Shown here one piece after another: positions 20,112-31,179 of a stretch of DNA of 64,000 nucleotides; position 1 is the stretch's first letter, and each line of letters opens with the position of its first letter. This DNA comes from an uncultured Gammaproteobacteria bacterium (GTDB lineage Bacteria > Pseudomonadota > Gammaproteobacteria > Ga0077536). The position numbers and the translations under genes are program-made. The DNA is taken from NCBI GenBank assembly GCA_938075585.1, contig CALJHG010000054.1, forward strand, positions 49,834-113,833. The letters are read 5' to 3'. Under the pieces are notes generated by a model. It saw only the letters and a program-made list of their open reading frames with translations, was not told where the DNA came from and made no database searches.

Positions 20112-20846
20112 ATGCGATTGCAAGATTTAGAGATAATTTTAATCGAACCGAGTCATCCGGGCAATATTGGTGCGGCCGCTCGTGCCATGAAGGTTATGGG
20201 CTTAAGTAATTTAATTCTTGTTAATCCGGTTAGTTTCCCTGATAAAGAAGCGAATGCTCGAGCAGTGGGCGCCGTTGATGTACTAGAAAAAGCGAGAATC
20301 TGTACATCTTTGGAATCAGCGACTGAAGGCTTATCTTATGTCTATGGAACGACTGCTCGGGCAAGACAGATGGGCGCGCCGGTAGTCTCGCCTCGTGTGG
20401 CTGCGAGAGATATAGTAGCAGGTCGAGGCCGTGTAGCGGTCGTTTTTGGAAGAGAGCAAGCAGGGTTGAAGAATAGCGAGTTAGATTTTTGTCAAAAATC
20501 AATCCGTATTCCTACTCAAAAAAACTTCAAATCCCTGAACTTGGGACAGGCAGTTCAGATCCTGTCTTATGAACTACGGATGGCTTACTTAGAGTCGGGT
20601 GAAATTTCAGAAGAGGCTAGGGAAGGTGAACGCGATCAGTTAGTTTCCGCCGATCAGGTACTGGGCCTAAAAAAACATCTCTTGTCTGTAATGGAACAGG
20701 TTGAATATTTTGATCCAAATCATCCAAAGTTGTTGGAACGCAGGCTTGCGCGGTTTATCAATAGTGCTGGAGTGAGACACAGCGAGTTACAAATCGCCCG
20801 AGGCTTTTTATCTGCCATAGAAAATAAGCTTTCAAAAAGAAAATAA
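20112..20846 (+). CDS. trmJ: tRNA (cytidine/uridine-2'-O)-methyltransferase TrmJ (SpoU class, group 1)
   Basis: SPOUT-fold MTase, divergent from suhB as in E. coli. I placed the start at the ATG at 20112, which has a perfect AGGAG SD 6 nt upstream. The longer ORF from 20073 lacks an SD. Confidence 0.8.
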   Translation: MRLQDLEIILIEPSHPGNIGAAARAMKVMGLSNLILVNPVSFPDKEANARAVGAVDVLEKARICTSLESATEGLSYVYGTTARARQMGAPVVSPRVAARDIVAGRGRVAVVFGREQAGLKNSELDFCQKSIRIPTQKNFKSLNLGQAVQILSYELRMAYLESGEISEEAREGERDQLVSADQVLGLKKHLLSVMEQVEYFDPNHPKLLERRLARFINSAGVRHSELQIARGFLSAIENKLSKRK

Positions 20847-20856
20847 CTACTATTAA

Positions 20857-21918
20857 CTAATTTTCGAGCTCGGCGAAAATAGAGTTTTGGTATTTTACTT
20901 GTCCACTACCCGGCACTATTTCGCCTATTTCAAAAACTTTTTCTCCTAAGTCGGTCAGCATATTAGAAATATTTTTACTGTCCGATTTATCCACTATTAC
21001 GACTAGTCCAATTCCGCAATTAAAAGTACTTAGCATGTCCGAATTTATGATTCTTCCATTATTCTTTAGCCAAGAAAAAATGGGCTGGGGAGACCAGGTA
21101 TTTAAGTCTATGTTGGCATCGAGATTCCCAGGTAAAATTCTCGGGACGTTTTTAGTGAGTCCGCCGCCGGTAATGTGCGCTATACCTTTAATATTTTTTG
21201 TTTTAATGATATCCAGTATGGGTTTCACATATATTCGGGTGGGTTTTAGTAGAGTGGCGCCTATCGAGTTGCCGTCAATTTTTTCTGAGGGGGAGGTGTT
21301 AGTATGTTCAAGAATTTTGTGCACAAGTGAGTAGCCGTTTGAGTGCACTCCGTTCGATGCAAGTCCGAGAATCGTGTCGCCTGCAGCAACTCCAGTTGAG
21401 TCTATCAGGCTTCCTCTCTCTACGGCACCTACACAAAATCCCGCCAAATCGTAGTGTCCGGGAGCATACATATTTGGCATTTCAGCCGTTTCGCCTCCAA
21501 GAAGCGAGGCGCCAGCTAATTTACAACCATCTACTACACCGTTAAGAATTGATTGGCCGATTTCAAGAGACAGGTTTCCTGTAGCAAAATAGTCTAAAAA
21601 CCAGAGTGGTTCAGCGCCTTGTACAATAATATCATTAACGCACATCGCGACAAGATCAATTCCTATCGTTTCGTGCCGGTTAAGTTCAATTGCTAAAAGT
21701 AATTTAGTTCCTACACCGTCGGTTGCAGAGACTAAGATAGGGTCCTGGTAACCACTTTGCTTTAGATCGAAGAGCCCGCCAAACCCACCAAGAGTTCCTA
21801 GGGAGCCTGGTCGGGCAGTGCTAGATGCCAAAGGTGTTATATTCGTTACAAATTTTTCGCCACGCTCCACATCTACGCCTGCATCGCTATACGAAAGGTT
21901 TGTGTCATTTTTTTTCAT
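20857..21918 (-). CDS. purM: phosphoribosylformylglycinamidine cyclo-ligase (AIR synthetase)
   Basis: 353 aa. The N-terminus LSYSDAGVDVERGEKFV and the PurM family domains are present. Confidence 0.92.
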   Translation of the reverse strand: MKKNDTNLSYSDAGVDVERGEKFVTNITPLASSTARPGSLGTLGGFGGLFDLKQSGYQDPILVSATDGVGTKLLLAIELNRHETIGIDLVAMCVNDIIVQGAEPLWFLDYFATGNLSLEIGQSILNGVVDGCKLAGASLLGGETAEMPNMYAPGHYDLAGFCVGAVERGSLIDSTGVAAGDTILGLASNGVHSNGYSLVHKILEHTNTSPSEKIDGNSIGATLLKPTRIYVKPILDIIKTKNIKGIAHITGGGLTKNVPRILPGNLDANIDLNTWSPQPIFSWLKNNGRIINSDMLSTFNCGIGLVVIVDKSDSKNISNMLTDLGEKVFEIGEIVPGSGQVKYQNSIFAELEN

Positions 21919-22205
21919 AATATTTTCGATTATTTACTAGTGAGCCTTAATTTTCTAGAGTTATTTCAGCACTTAACTAATCATATAGTAGCGTGTTCAA
22001 CGAATTTTGGCTGCAGAAAAAATCATATAATATATTGCGGCCCACTATTCATTGTTTCGCCGTGTAGAAAGAGTTTACTATGCCATGCTGAATAAGCTTC
22101 TCCTGCCAGTATATCTATTAGGCAGTATTTTGGGAGACCTAGAAATTGTATTATCATGGCAAAACGCATTTTAAAGTCAAAACTGATTACGGATTTAGGT
22201 GATGC

Positions 22206-23279
22206 ATGTCACAAGTCGATTTAGCTGATTCTGATAAATGGTTATGGGGCATAGGCACCGTTTGTTTTTTTGTAATAGTGTATTTCGCCTCGCCTGTTCT
22301 TACACCGTTTTTACTGAGCTTGGTCTTGGCGTATTTGGCAGATCCGTTTGTAACTTGGCTGGAAGGTATGAGAATACCGCGAACGCTCGGAGTTCTCGTT
22401 GCTTTTGGTTTTTTACTTCTAATTTTCGTGTTCAGCCTTGCGGTGATGATACCTATTTTATGGGGCGAAATACGTGGGTTGCTTATGGCAATGCCCGATG
22501 TGGTTGATATGGCACAGTCCGTCATTATTAAGCCCATTGCAGCAAGCTTGAGCTTAGAGTTTTCTGGTTTAAGTCGAGAGGTTTTAAGAGATACGTTTAT
22601 ATCGCATTGGAGAGAGCTTGGCTCGGTGACAAATTCAGTAGTCGCAGAATTAGGACGCTCTAGCCGATATATTTTGACTATGCTGGGGTACGGAATACTA
22701 GTACCGGTTGTTACTTTTTATTTACTTCGGGATTGGAATAAACTGATTCAGAGCTTAGAACAGCTGGTTCCTGAAAGGCAAGTTTATATAGTGCGGTCGG
22801 TTGTAACAGATATAGACGTTGTATTATCTGAGTTTTTGAGAGGACAGCTTTTGATCATGATATTGCTTGGTCTCTTTTATGGTTTAGCTTTGAGGACCAT
22901 CGGTTTGGAATACGCACTAATTGTTGGCTTTGTTGCTGGCGTTGTAAGTTTCATTCCTTATTTTGGCCCGGCTGTGGGTGTTTTACTGGCGAGTCTTATA
23001 GCTTTAGGACAAGCGGAACAGGTTTGGCTATTTTTAGGCATTTTGATCGTTTTTGGACTAGGACAACTTTTAGAGTCAATTGTACTATCCCCTGTTTTTG
23101 TTGGAGATAAAATTGGACTTCATCCAGTTTGGGTTATATTAGTGGTGATAGTTGGCGGGCATCTCTTTGGTTTTATTGGAATTCTATTGGCCTTACCGGT
23201 AGGTGCTGTTGCGAGAGTACTCCTGAGTTATTCTATTAATCGAACTCGCTTTGGATCCTCCTCTACGAAATCTCTGTAG
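22206..23279 (+). CDS. AI-2E family transporter (PerM/YdiK-type permease)
   Basis: 357 aa polytopic membrane protein with the AI-2E family architecture. It is divergent from purM and is followed by hda, as in Pseudomonas. Confidence 0.75.
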   Translation: MSQVDLADSDKWLWGIGTVCFFVIVYFASPVLTPFLLSLVLAYLADPFVTWLEGMRIPRTLGVLVAFGFLLLIFVFSLAVMIPILWGEIRGLLMAMPDVVDMAQSVIIKPIAASLSLEFSGLSREVLRDTFISHWRELGSVTNSVVAELGRSSRYILTMLGYGILVPVVTFYLLRDWNKLIQSLEQLVPERQVYIVRSVVTDIDVVLSEFLRGQLLIMILLGLFYGLALRTIGLEYALIVGFVAGVVSFIPYFGPAVGVLLASLIALGQAEQVWLFLGILIVFGLGQLLESIVLSPVFVGDKIGLHPVWVILVVIVGGHLFGFIGILLALPVGAVARVLLSYSINRTRFGSSSTKSL

Positions 23280-23992
23280 TGATTAGCTTAGTCTCCCAAT
23301 TGACACTCAATCTTTTTAGTGCAGACCATTTTGCGTTTGGAGATTTTATTAAAGGTGAAAACGGAGAGGCTATTGTTACATTGGAAAATTGGCTAGAGCA
23401 AAGCGAGCCTTTGTCTTTCTGCGTTTGGGGTAGTCAAGGTACCGGGAAAACTCACCTACTCCAGGCCGCGGTTCGACAAATTAATCAATCTGGTTTGAGA
23501 GCGATTTATCTCCCAGTGAAGCAGGTGGAGGGAGATATCCGGCGAGCTATTGAAGGTCTAGAGGCTATGGATTTAATTGCCTTAGACGACATTGAGTCTT
23601 TTTATGGGACTGAAGCTGAGAATGCGTTATTTAATCTTTACAATCGAATGAAAGAAAAAGAGGGTAAGATTTTGTTTTCGTCACATATGAAGCCAGGCGG
23701 TGTGAACTCATCGCTCCCAGATTTAACGTCCCGATTGAACGCTGGCTTTGTGTATAAGCTGTACGAATTAGCTGAGGATCAAAAGGCTTTGTTTCTGATC
23801 AGCATGGCAGAGCGCAGGGGGCTGAAGCTTGAGCGTCCAGTTGTGGATTTCATAATGCGGACCTTTAAGCGTGATATGAATTCTTTGTGTGTCATTTTAA
23901 ATTTGTTAGATAGTGCTTCTCTGCAATATGGACGTGCACTAACAGTGCCTTTTGCGAAAGAAATTCTTAGTTCTGTTGAGCAAGAGGGTTAA
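23279..23992 (+). CDS. hda: DnaA regulatory inactivator Hda (GTG start, 1-nt overlap with upstream stop)
   Basis: 237 aa. AAA+ Walker A (WGSQGTGKTHLL) and the Hda/DnaA-domain-III-like order are present. The N-terminal QLTLNLF matches the clamp-binding motif region. Confidence 0.8.
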   Translation: MISLVSQLTLNLFSADHFAFGDFIKGENGEAIVTLENWLEQSEPLSFCVWGSQGTGKTHLLQAAVRQINQSGLRAIYLPVKQVEGDIRRAIEGLEAMDLIALDDIESFYGTEAENALFNLYNRMKEKEGKILFSSHMKPGGVNSSLPDLTSRLNAGFVYKLYELAEDQKALFLISMAERRGLKLERPVVDFIMRTFKRDMNSLCVILNLLDSASLQYGRALTVPFAKEILSSVEQEG

Positions 23993-24004
23993 TTTTAATT
24001 TTTG

Positions 24005-24592
24005 TTAAATAGCCAGCTTTTGGACGACTTCCGCGAGTCTCCTACCTTGTGTGCGAGCTATCAAACACTCGTGTTCGCTTAGCTCGTATTCGTTTTTCGA
24101 TCCGGCTACGTGACTTGCCCCATAAGGAGTACCCCCAGTTTTGGTCTCGCTCAAGGCTTGTTCGCTATAAGGAATTCCCATGGCAAGCATTCCATGGTGT
24201 AAAAGCGGGACTAACATAGAAAGTAATGTTGACTCTTGCCCGCCATGGAGAGTTGCGCTCGAGGTAAATACAGTTGCAGGTTTGCCAATTAGCTGTCCGG
24301 AGATCCAGATATCGGTTGTTGATTCAAAAAATGCTTTTAACGGTGATGCAATTGTTCCAAAACGAGTAGGAGACCCTAAGGCTAGCGCATCGCATTCGAT
24401 TAGATCACTTTTTGTGACATAAGGTGGTCCGTTTTCCGGAACAGCAGAGTCACCATTTTCTGTGAGCGACGGGACTGTTCTCATTACTACGCTTACGTCA
24501 GGCACTTCAGCTACACCGAAACGGATCTCTCTTGCTAGGGATGCAGTTTTCCCTCCACGACTGTAGTAAAGGATTAATACCTTCAATTTCAT
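24005..24592 (-). CDS. wrbA: NAD(P)H:quinone oxidoreductase, WrbA-type flavodoxin-like protein
   Basis: 195 aa. The N-terminus KVLILYYSRGGKTASLAREI and the flavodoxin-like fold are present. Confidence 0.8.
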   Translation of the reverse strand: MKLKVLILYYSRGGKTASLAREIRFGVAEVPDVSVVMRTVPSLTENGDSAVPENGPPYVTKSDLIECDALALGSPTRFGTIASPLKAFFESTTDIWISGQLIGKPATVFTSSATLHGGQESTLLSMLVPLLHHGMLAMGIPYSEQALSETKTGGTPYGASHVAGSKNEYELSEHECLIARTQGRRLAEVVQKLAI

Positions 24593-24948
24593 ATGGGCTC
24601 GTTGTCGAGAAAATCAATTAGGTTTGTAACTGGTCTGCCCACTACTCCAGCGTTCTCGCTGTAGATGATAGGCCGCTCCATGAGGTGTGGGTGAGTCGCT
24701 AGAATATTAACCACATCGCAATCGGGAGAATTTTCGTCAAGCCCACTTTCGATCCAAGCTAATTCCTTATGCCTGACGATTTCTATAGGACGCATTTTTA
24801 ATACATTTAATAGCTTAGTTATTTCATTTTTACTTAAGGGGTCTTGAAGGTAATTTATCACCTCCACCACTATTTCTTTGTCGCGCAAGATTTCCATAGC
24901 AGCATTTGATTTCGAGCAATTAGTATTATGTAAAATTTTTAAAGTCAC
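24589..24948 (-). CDS. ArsC/Spx-family thioredoxin-fold reductase (YffB-like)
   Basis: 119 aa. The N-terminal LKILHNTNCSKS carries the CxxS-type active-site Cys. It is downstream of proS and is translationally coupled to wrbA (4-bp overlap). Confidence 0.7.
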   Translation of the reverse strand: MTLKILHNTNCSKSNAAMEILRDKEIVVEVINYLQDPLSKNEITKLLNVLKMRPIEIVRHKELAWIESGLDENSPDCDVVNILATHPHLMERPIIYSENAGVVGRPVTNLIDFLDNEPI

Positions 24949-24954
24949 GATTTT

Positions 24955-26655
24955 TTAGAGTTCCTTCAGGAAAGAGACAACATTATTCAAATCAATTTCC
25001 AGCTTTTCGCTGTTGCGTCGGGATTTATACTCTGCCTTTCCTGTTGCTAGACTTCGTTCGCCAATAACTAGTATATGCGGAACGCCTATTAATTCTAGAT
25101 TTGTTAGCATCGCCCCCATTCTGTCGTCCTTGTCATATAGCAACACGTCGATTCCATTTTCTAAGATAGTTGCGTAAAGCGATCGCACTTTTTGAGACAG
25201 TTCTGGTGACTTATGCATATTGATAGGCGCTATTGCACAGAAAAATGGGGCAATACTTTCTGGCCAGACTATACCCTTATTGTCATGACTTTGCTCAATA
25301 CTAGCCGCCACTATACGAGATACGCCTAAGCCATAACACCCCATCGTCATTGCGACAGATTTTCCGTTCTTATCAAGAACCTGAGCTTTCATTGCAGTGC
25401 TGTATTTAGTCCCCAACTGAAAGATATGTCCGACTTCAATCCCGCGTTTTATTTCTAGTATCCCTTGCTTATCGGGACTAATATCGCCCACCACGACTTC
25501 TCGAAGATCGCTAACCTGCGGTAAGTCGGCGTCCCGATTCCAGTTGACTCCAGTTAAGTGATAGCCTGACTCATTCGCGCCGCAAGTGAAGTCTTCCAAA
25601 ACCGCAGCATCTTGATCTACGATGATTTCGCATTTAAGGCCTATTGGTCCTATAGAGCCGGGTCCGCAGCCGATTAATTCATGTATTTCTTTTTCTGACG
25701 CAAATTGTAGCGGTTTTGCGACGGTCGCCAATTTTTGCGCCTTGATTTCGTTTAGTTCGTGATCCCCTCTTAATACTAGGGCAATCAATTTCTCATTTAT
25801 GCCTTTGATTATTAGGGTTTTGAGACACTGCTTTTCGGGGATGCCCAGGAACACACTTATGTCTTGAATGGAGTGCTTGTTTGGAGTAGCGATTTTCGCC
25901 ATTGTTGCGCTAGGGGTAGCGGCTATTTGCTTCTCTATAATAACGGGAGCCATTTCAACATTTGCGGCGTAGTCGCTATCAGAACTGAACGCTATTCGGT
26001 CCTCGCCAGAATCTGCTAACACGTGGAATTCGTGTGATTTTGATCCTCCAATGTTGCCAGTATCAGCAATAACGGCGCGGTACTTAAGACCAACTTTATC
26101 AAAAATATTACAGTATGCTTCGTACATTTGATTGTAGGTTTGTTCTAAACATTCAGTATCAATGTGGAATGAATAAGCGTCCTTCATTAAAAATTCTCGA
26201 GCGCGCATGATTCCGAAACGTGGTCTGATTTCGTCCCTAAACTTAGTTTGAAATTGGTAAAAAGCGCAAGGGAGTTGCTTATAGCTCTTAAGTTCTCCAC
26301 GCGCCAGAGATGTTATTATTTCTTCATGAGTCGGCCCCAAGCAAAAGGGACGGTCATGCCTATCTTTTATTCGCAATAACTCAGGCCCGTAGTCCATCCA
26401 TCTGCCTGATTCTTCCCATAGTTCGCCTGGCTGCACTCCCGGCATGAGTAATTCTTGCGCGCCTATGGCATCCATTTCTTTTCGAATAATGGATTCTACC
26501 TTCCGAAGCACTTTAAGCCCTAGTGGTAACCAAGTGTAGATGCCGGACGCTACTTGCCTCACAAGCCCAGCCCTTATCATTAGTTGATGGCTAGTGATGT
26601 CGGCATCGGCTGGTGCTTCTCTTAGAGTGGGTATTAAAAAATTTGTTATTTTCAT
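24955..26655 (-). CDS. proS: proline--tRNA ligase
   Basis: 566 aa. Class II aaRS core plus the bacterial-type editing insertion are present. Confidence 0.93.
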   Translation of the reverse strand: MKITNFLIPTLREAPADADITSHQLMIRAGLVRQVASGIYTWLPLGLKVLRKVESIIRKEMDAIGAQELLMPGVQPGELWEESGRWMDYGPELLRIKDRHDRPFCLGPTHEEIITSLARGELKSYKQLPCAFYQFQTKFRDEIRPRFGIMRAREFLMKDAYSFHIDTECLEQTYNQMYEAYCNIFDKVGLKYRAVIADTGNIGGSKSHEFHVLADSGEDRIAFSSDSDYAANVEMAPVIIEKQIAATPSATMAKIATPNKHSIQDISVFLGIPEKQCLKTLIIKGINEKLIALVLRGDHELNEIKAQKLATVAKPLQFASEKEIHELIGCGPGSIGPIGLKCEIIVDQDAAVLEDFTCGANESGYHLTGVNWNRDADLPQVSDLREVVVGDISPDKQGILEIKRGIEVGHIFQLGTKYSTAMKAQVLDKNGKSVAMTMGCYGLGVSRIVAASIEQSHDNKGIVWPESIAPFFCAIAPINMHKSPELSQKVRSLYATILENGIDVLLYDKDDRMGAMLTNLELIGVPHILVIGERSLATGKAEYKSRRNSEKLEIDLNNVVSFLKEL

Positions 26656-26989
26656 GTCTTAGTACTACTTATCATCGAGATTAATTATGACTCTAACTCG
26701 GAAATTTTGATTTATACCGGCAGTTGCCAGTTTTTTTGATGTAATTGTTATATTTTTAGATTTCATCTTAAAACGTACCATTATGCTTGACTATAGGGGA
26801 TAATGTCATTAGGTTACCCGCTCCGAAGGATTTCCCCACGATGCATCGGTAGTATTCAACTAAATCCGATAATTACGCATCGAAAAGTGGTCTAGGACTT
26901 GAGATTGTAACTAATTTTTTTATAAGTACCCGTGCAGGCGCGTCATTTTCGATGTGCTGCAAATAACTAAAGGGTTAAGGTGAGGTAAA

Positions 26990-28711
26990 TTGAGTAAGCA
27001 ATTGCGAGGCGCAGAAATATTTGTTAAGGCGCTAGCTGACGAAGGTGTTGAGTTTTTGTTCGGATACCCTGGTGGGGCCGTCTTGCATCTTTATGACGAG
27101 ATATTCAAGCAGGATACGATAAAACACGTGTTGGTTCGTCACGAACAAGGAGCTACTCATGCGGCTGATGGGTATGCGCGCGCTACAGGTAAACCAGGTG
27201 TAGTGCTGGTCACCTCTGGGCCTGGCGCGACTAATGCTGTCACGGGTATAGCAACCGCTCACATGGATTCGATTCCGATGGTGGTCTTTACTGGGCAGGT
27301 TTCAACCGCTTTGATAGGTAACGACGCGTTCCAAGAAGTTGATAGCGTGGGCATTACGAGACCATGCGTGAAGCATAATTTCTTAGTCCAGAGAGTAGAA
27401 GACTTAGCGATTATTATCAAGAAAGCCTTTTTTGTTGCGTCGAGCGGAAGACCTGGGCCAGTCGTTGTAGACATACCCAAAGACGTTACGGCGGCGTTAA
27501 CAGCATATGAATACCCCGAACGGGTTGAAATGCGATCATATAAACCAACCACCCAAGGGCATGCAGGACAAATAAAGCGAGCGGCCGAATTATTACTTAG
27601 TGCGAAGAAGCCGATGATATACAGTGGCGGTGGCGCCATTATTGGGGATGCCTCCCGCGAACTAACAGAGTTTTGTAGACTACTCGGTTATCCGGTTACA
27701 AATACACTCATGGGATTAGGTGCGTATCCTGGATCCGACCCTCAATTCGTTGGTATGCTAGGTATGCATGGGACCTATGAGGCTAATATGGCGATGCATC
27801 ATTGTGATGTTTTGATTGCGATTGGCGCTAGGTTCGATGACCGAGTCACCGGTGACTTAGAAAAATTTTGCCCCGAGGCAAAAATTATTCATATTGATAT
27901 TGATCCTGCGTCTATTGCCAAAAATGTATCGGTTGATGTCCCGATTGTAGGCGCGGTTTCCAATGTGTTAAAAGATTTGATTGATGTCATTAAGGCTACA
28001 GGTCACAAAGTTGTTGAGCGCCATAGCGATGATTGGTGGCGCCAAATCGATAAATGGCGCGAGATTAAATGTTTGGATTATGATCAGAGTAGTGCGCTTA
28101 TAAAGCCACAGTCAGTGATAGAATCCCTGTATCGAGTCACCAAAGGAGATGCTTACGTGACCTCTGACGTCGGTCAGCATCAAATGTGGGCAGCTCAGTA
28201 TTATCCTTTTGATCAGCCGCGTCGTTGGATTAATTCGGGAGGTCTCGGCACGATGGGTTTCGGTTTGCCATCGGCTATGGGTGTCCAGCTGGCATTTCCC
28301 GATGCAACTGTCGCGTGTGTGACTGGGGAGGCAAGCTTTCAGATGTGCATACAGGAGCTGTCTACGTGTTTGCAGTACAGACTTCCGATAAAAATAGTCA
28401 GCCTAAATAATCGTTATCTGGGGATGGTGAGACAGTGGCAGGAGTTTTTTTACGAATCCAGATATTCTCATTCTTATAGTGACGCCCTGCCAGATTTTGT
28501 GAAGTTAGCTGAGAGTTACGGACATATAGGAATGCGTATAGATAGTCCCGCAGATGTTGATACTGCGCTCGATGAAGCATTTGCCATGACAGATCGCCTT
28601 GTGGTGATGGATTTTATCACCGATCAAACAGAAAATGTGTACCCGATGATCGCTGCGGGGAAAGGGCAGCACGAAATGCACTTGGCGCCGAATGATAGAG
28701 AGTTGGCGTGA
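26990..28711 (+). CDS. ilvI: acetolactate synthase large subunit (TTG start)
   Basis: 573 aa ThDP enzyme (GYPGGAVL, GDG...N motifs). TTG start with an AAGGTGAGG SD. Confidence 0.92.
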   Translation: MSKQLRGAEIFVKALADEGVEFLFGYPGGAVLHLYDEIFKQDTIKHVLVRHEQGATHAADGYARATGKPGVVLVTSGPGATNAVTGIATAHMDSIPMVVFTGQVSTALIGNDAFQEVDSVGITRPCVKHNFLVQRVEDLAIIIKKAFFVASSGRPGPVVVDIPKDVTAALTAYEYPERVEMRSYKPTTQGHAGQIKRAAELLLSAKKPMIYSGGGAIIGDASRELTEFCRLLGYPVTNTLMGLGAYPGSDPQFVGMLGMHGTYEANMAMHHCDVLIAIGARFDDRVTGDLEKFCPEAKIIHIDIDPASIAKNVSVDVPIVGAVSNVLKDLIDVIKATGHKVVERHSDDWWRQIDKWREIKCLDYDQSSALIKPQSVIESLYRVTKGDAYVTSDVGQHQMWAAQYYPFDQPRRWINSGGLGTMGFGLPSAMGVQLAFPDATVACVTGEASFQMCIQELSTCLQYRLPIKIVSLNNRYLGMVRQWQEFFYESRYSHSYSDALPDFVKLAESYGHIGMRIDSPADVDTALDEAFAMTDRLVVMDFITDQTENVYPMIAAGKGQHEMHLAPNDRELA

Positions 28712-29208
28712 TAGAGCAACATACGATATCTATTCTTTTAGAGAATGAGGCTGGATCGCTCTCTCGAGTTTCCGGATTATTCTCTGCCCGTGCCTATAAT
28801 ATAGAAAGCCTGTCCGTGGCGCCCACAGAGGATCCTAGTGTCTCGAGAATGACGGTTGTCACAGCAGGTTCGCCCGCAATTATTGAGCAGATCATCAAAC
28901 AACTGAATAAGCTCGTTGACGTCATCAAACTTGTCGATCTGAACGATGGTGCGCGAATTGAAAGAGAGCTTTTGCTTATAAAGCTGCATTGTTCGAAGCC
29001 TGACAAACGCTCTGAATTCAAGAGATTGGCTGACATATTTTCGGGTGAGATAGTAGATATAACTGAGGATAGTTATACCATTCAAATTACAGGGCTCCCA
29101 AGCCGAATCGACGAATTCATTCAGGCTGCAGGATCCCGAAATGTCATAGAGCTTGTTCGTTCCGGCGTGCTAGGTCTACAAATTGGTAATCGTTCTTTGA
29201 CGATCTAA
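28708..29208 (+). CDS. ilvH: acetolactate synthase small (regulatory) subunit
   Basis: 166 aa ACT-domain protein. It has a 4-bp overlap with ilvI. Confidence 0.88.
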   Translation: MIEQHTISILLENEAGSLSRVSGLFSARAYNIESLSVAPTEDPSVSRMTVVTAGSPAIIEQIIKQLNKLVDVIKLVDLNDGARIERELLLIKLHCSKPDKRSEFKRLADIFSGEIVDITEDSYTIQITGLPSRIDEFIQAAGSRNVIELVRSGVLGLQIGNRSLTI

Positions 29209-29225
29209 TTATATTCTTAAGATAA

Positions 29226-30278
<1,053 letters not shown>

Positions 30279-30389
30279 TTCGAAAAAGTAGAAAAATCAG
30301 CTAATTTTTTTGTTAAATTAGGTGCGACGTACGTATAGTTGAATAGTTTTTTGAGAACGTTGCTCGGTCATTATTGAAAGAGGTGCAAT

Positions 30390-31160
30390 ATGCGTATGAT
30401 AAGATCTCGCTCTGGTACCGAAGATGCTAAGCCGGATACTAGCGAGGCTTCGAGTCGTCGTCGTGCTGGTATTTACTTACTTCCAAATCTCTTTACCACA
30501 GGGGCCTTGTTCGCAGGTTATTACGGGATAGTGGCCGCTATAAATAGTCGTTTTGAAGCAGCGGCTATCGCGGTTTTCGTGGCGATGATTTTAGATGGAA
30601 TAGATGGTCGTATTGCTCGGTTGACTAACACACAAAGCGAGTTTGGAGCGCATTATGATAGTCTTTCTGATGTGGTCTCCTTTGGCTTAGCTCCTAGTAT
30701 TATCGTTTATGAATGGGCGTTATATGGTCTGGGCAAATTAGGTTGGCTCGCTGCTTTTATGTACACAGCTGGCGCAGCGTTGAGGTTGGCTCGATTTAAT
30801 TCTCAAAGTGAGAATAGTGATGATCGGTTTTTCCAAGGGTTGCCAAGCCCTGCTGCTGCAGCCGTTATAGGCGCAACAGTCTGGCTATCTCAGAGCTTCA
30901 TAACGCCAAATGTGACAGGGGTAGCCTTGGGTGCAATGCTGATTACTATTTTCATGGCTTTACTGATGGTGAGTAACCTTCCTTATTATAGTTTCAAGGA
31001 TCTGGATCTAAGGAATAGGGTTCCTTTCGTGTCTATTCTTGCAATAGTCATGGCTTTTGTACTTGTTTCGATCGAGCCTGCCACCGTTTTGTTTTGTATT
31101 TTTTCTGCCTATGCGTTTTCTGGTGTCGTATTGAAATTGAAAGATAAAATCTCTAGTTAA
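30390..31160 (+). CDS. pssA: CDP-diacylglycerol--serine O-phosphatidyltransferase (CDP-alcohol phosphatidyltransferase family)
   Basis: 256 aa membrane protein. The CDP-OH transferase motif DGxDGRIAR...G...D..SD is present. The ilvIHC-pssA order matches Pseudomonas. Confidence 0.85.
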   Translation: MRMIRSRSGTEDAKPDTSEASSRRRAGIYLLPNLFTTGALFAGYYGIVAAINSRFEAAAIAVFVAMILDGIDGRIARLTNTQSEFGAHYDSLSDVVSFGLAPSIIVYEWALYGLGKLGWLAAFMYTAGAALRLARFNSQSENSDDRFFQGLPSPAAAAVIGATVWLSQSFITPNVTGVALGAMLITIFMALLMVSNLPYYSFKDLDLRNRVPFVSILAIVMAFVLVSIEPATVLFCIFSAYAFSGVVLKLKDKISS

Positions 31161-31179
31161 AGTCATCGTTTGAGGCATA

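Noticed and set aside
21919-22205. Possible PurR box (GCAAAACGCATTTT) upstream of purM
   Set aside because: It matches the E. coli pur box (ANGMAAACGTTTKCNT) only partially. purR is typically absent outside enterics, so this is likely chance.
22187-22537. 116-aa minus-strand ORF spanning the purM / AI-2E intergenic region and the AI-2E 5' end
   Set aside because: It overlaps the AI-2E permease start in antisense and has no RBS. It is less parsimonious than the conserved purM / permease-hda divergent arrangement.
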